This document shows positions 63,301 through 64,000 of a stretch of DNA of 64,000 bases, in pieces. How positions within the stretch are numbered: the stretch's first letter is position 1; each line of letters begins with the position of its first letter. The stretch covers positions 75,464-139,463 of the forward strand of contig CBFGKH010000007.1 in NCBI GenBank assembly GCA_965649295.1, read 5' to 3'. A program made the translations under genes and the position numbers. Source of the DNA: a candidate division WOR-3 bacterium (GTDB lineage Bacteria; Hydrothermota; Tepidihabitantia; Tepidihabitantales; Tepidihabitantaceae). The notes under the pieces are model-generated. The model was not told where the DNA came from and ran no database searches. It was given only the letters and a program-made list of their open reading frames with translations.

Positions 63301-64000
63301 GACCTGCGATGAGCGGGGTGAATGGTCGGCAGCCCAGGAGCACTTCACCCGAGCGCTTGATCTTATTGCCGGCGAGAAAGGTCAATCGCCAGCGCGGCGA
63401 GCCATCATCATGGCCAATCTCGCGTATCTCCGTACAAGACAGGGCGAGCTGGAAGAGGCTGAACGGCTGTTTGCCGAAGCGGAGCAACTGGCCGCAGCCG
63501 ACCCTAGTGAACCTGACCTTGGGTTCTATTTGCCGCTTTATCGGGCGCATTACTTCCTGCGCGCGGAGAAGCACGACCTGTGCCGACAGGCACTGGGCCG
63601 GGCATTCGCGGCTGTGCGGCGGCGAAATGACCGGCACCAGAAGGCACTTGTTCACGTCGCTGCTGCTGAGTATCGGCTGGCCTGCGGGGAGTTTGACCGG
63701 GCCCAGCACAACGCGCTCCAGGCTTTGCTCTTGCTGGCGGAAGTCCCGACTTCACGAGAGTATGCAATTGCCTTGCGCTGGTCAGGTCTGGCTAAGAGCC
63801 TTTTGGGCAAGCCAGAACGGGGAACGCAGGAGATCAAGCGCAGCATCGAGTTACTACGTGAGGTCGGGGCGAAGTATGACCTGGCGCTGTCACTAGTTGC
63901 TTCGGTTCAAGCTTTGGCCACTGCGGATCGGTCGGATATCACTGTGGATATGAAGATGCCGATGGCATTCCGGCCGCTGCCCCAGCAGGAGGTAACCGAA
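60338..64000 (+). CDS. Ser/Thr protein kinase fused to AAA/STAND ATPase and TPR repeats (PknK-like). Partial: the 3' end runs off the window.
   Basis: Hand translation from the TTG at 60338 (GGAG 9 nt upstream): YQILSYLGGGEATEVYKVRD, HCDLKPANIL, DFG, GTLGYVAPE. Then Walker A GDRGVGKS, then multiple TPR-like helices. Open to the window end. Absent from the ORF track because there is no stop in the window. Confidence 0.75.
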   Translation, partial: MGIDNRVTANYNHFVQQAVGSLLPDQVVSDRYQILSYLGGGEATEVYKVRDLVGGRVLALKALRPDAPKDAELRLSREFYHLSRFSHKGIVAALDYGSTAERRPFFTMEFVDGLPITSFFKNGYEPSLVDVTVGILRALDSIHAQGLIHCDLKPANILVTTETGVPSPKLLDFGFAEQMSLTATAQPRGTLGYVAPEVFKGTDADARADLYSLGLVLYEVITGRGPARERNLRQWLKMQYRSDFEPPRSIDPKIPEAFEAVVLSLLQREPERRPHSAAAVIELLTGRQEEAVIEAGPRKYLMAPGFVGRSDELGELRDALDAAGRGKPGAVAVSGDRGVGKSRLLAEFKFLAQLEGATILSCEPVSLGARPQSLIETVLNYLRVYANTVLPVAEEGRGGSEESKYRLFETVAQRLKELSASHRVEHSLVLLVDDFELFDPTSLEFLRYLVFSLEKERLLVLVAGLKEKRFLDLIEELGRRPNSRHIALPPMGRAEVRSLAISLLGDIAAIDSLAEWLEGTTGGNPLFVIETIHSLIEGKILTLRGGRWVLVEEALESYRPPNTVTEVVRRRLEGLSNDELEILQVGAAAAGPFTLEFLRAVSGLDERVLFNAIGRLRSMGLLRSFGGDGQGQFALSSKILEAAVTERLSPSARRDNHRRVALAIELLYPDRLDRLVFDLAHHYTQAGITDRAYSYALKAGTRAREFGLTELALGFYETAFSLAGQSITPRERVELIERVGELREATGRYHEAIDIYKQGMSIVVAESSAGRPALARFLRKLGLVYQKLGNQEESISYLSQALALQRDKVSADYVHILNDLGWSYSTAGQLAKAEEVLTQAMQLVERLRSQDERTYQQLSARTLYNFSVQAYSRRDNVLALQLAERSLAAYEALQDEYYTSKVSQFIATLWWRRGELGRARACYQRYLPGQRKTGDVYFLLRSLQGLGIISQQEGDWNSAHDCYAEALTLAERIGDRAAMVDLYSNIGTTCDERGEWSAAQEHFTRALDLIAGEKGQSPARRAIIMANLAYLRTRQGELEEAERLFAEAEQLAAADPSEPDLGFYLPLYRAHYFLRAEKHDLCRQALGRAFAAVRRRNDRHQKALVHVAAAEYRLACGEFDRAQHNALQALLLLAEVPTSREYAIALRWSGLAKSLLGKPERGTQEIKRSIELLREVGAKYDLALSLVASVQALATADRSDITVDMKMPMAFRPLPQQEVTE

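Overview
This is a high-GC (roughly 60%) bacterial chromosomal segment, coding on both strands, with no rRNA, tRNA or CRISPR array that I could recognise. Several large secreted proteins end in a type IX secretion (T9SS) C-terminal sorting domain, so the source is probably an FCB-superphylum-like organism; I cannot place it more precisely from sequence alone.

Gene content, left to right:
- a partial FAD-oxidoreductase / 2Fe-2S protein pair (HcnB/HcnA-like) and purQ;
- a 5-gene envelope operon of four membrane proteins ending in a TolB-like beta-propeller;
- archaeal-type cofactor-independent phosphoglycerate mutase (apgM), translationally coupled to a stand-alone IMP-cyclohydrolase domain (PurH N-half only);
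- three giant T9SS cargo proteins (about 1422, 2749 and 1860 aa) with different N-terminal modules that share one conserved C-terminal 6-bladed Kelch-like propeller plus T9SS-CTD cassette; the three N-terminal modules are an OB/CARDB adhesin, a beta-helix-like repeat protein and a gingipain-like C25 peptidase;
- an orphan type IV pilin under a consensus sigma70 promoter;
- a HAD hydrolase, three tandem ArsC/LMW-PTP paralogs and a CPA-family cation/proton antiporter;
- a tightly coupled operon of a small membrane protein, a tandem CxxC..CxxH protein and a zinc-ribbon protein;
- TM2 and DUF2752 proteins;
- a DUF433/DUF5615 toxin-antitoxin-like pair (the toxin is frameshifted) immediately upstream of two paralogous PD-(D/E)xK Holliday-junction-resolvase-like nucleases;
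- a run of zinc-ribbon mini-membrane proteins;
- an arsR-arsM-ccdA-trx-arsP-trx-DGC organoarsenical operon ending in a truncated acr3 remnant;
- a T9SS papain-like (C1) peptidase;
- a pentapeptide-repeat membrane protein;
- a mini ADP-ribosylglycohydrolase with a Cys-less MGMT-family (ATL-like) protein;
- recO, two CNNM/CorC paralogs, ybeY, phoH, a nitrilase-family hydrolase and a YitT protein;
- the first ~1220 codons of a Ser/Thr-kinase / AAA / TPR protein running off the window.

All calls are from reading translated motifs and local sequence signals; nothing was searched against a database.
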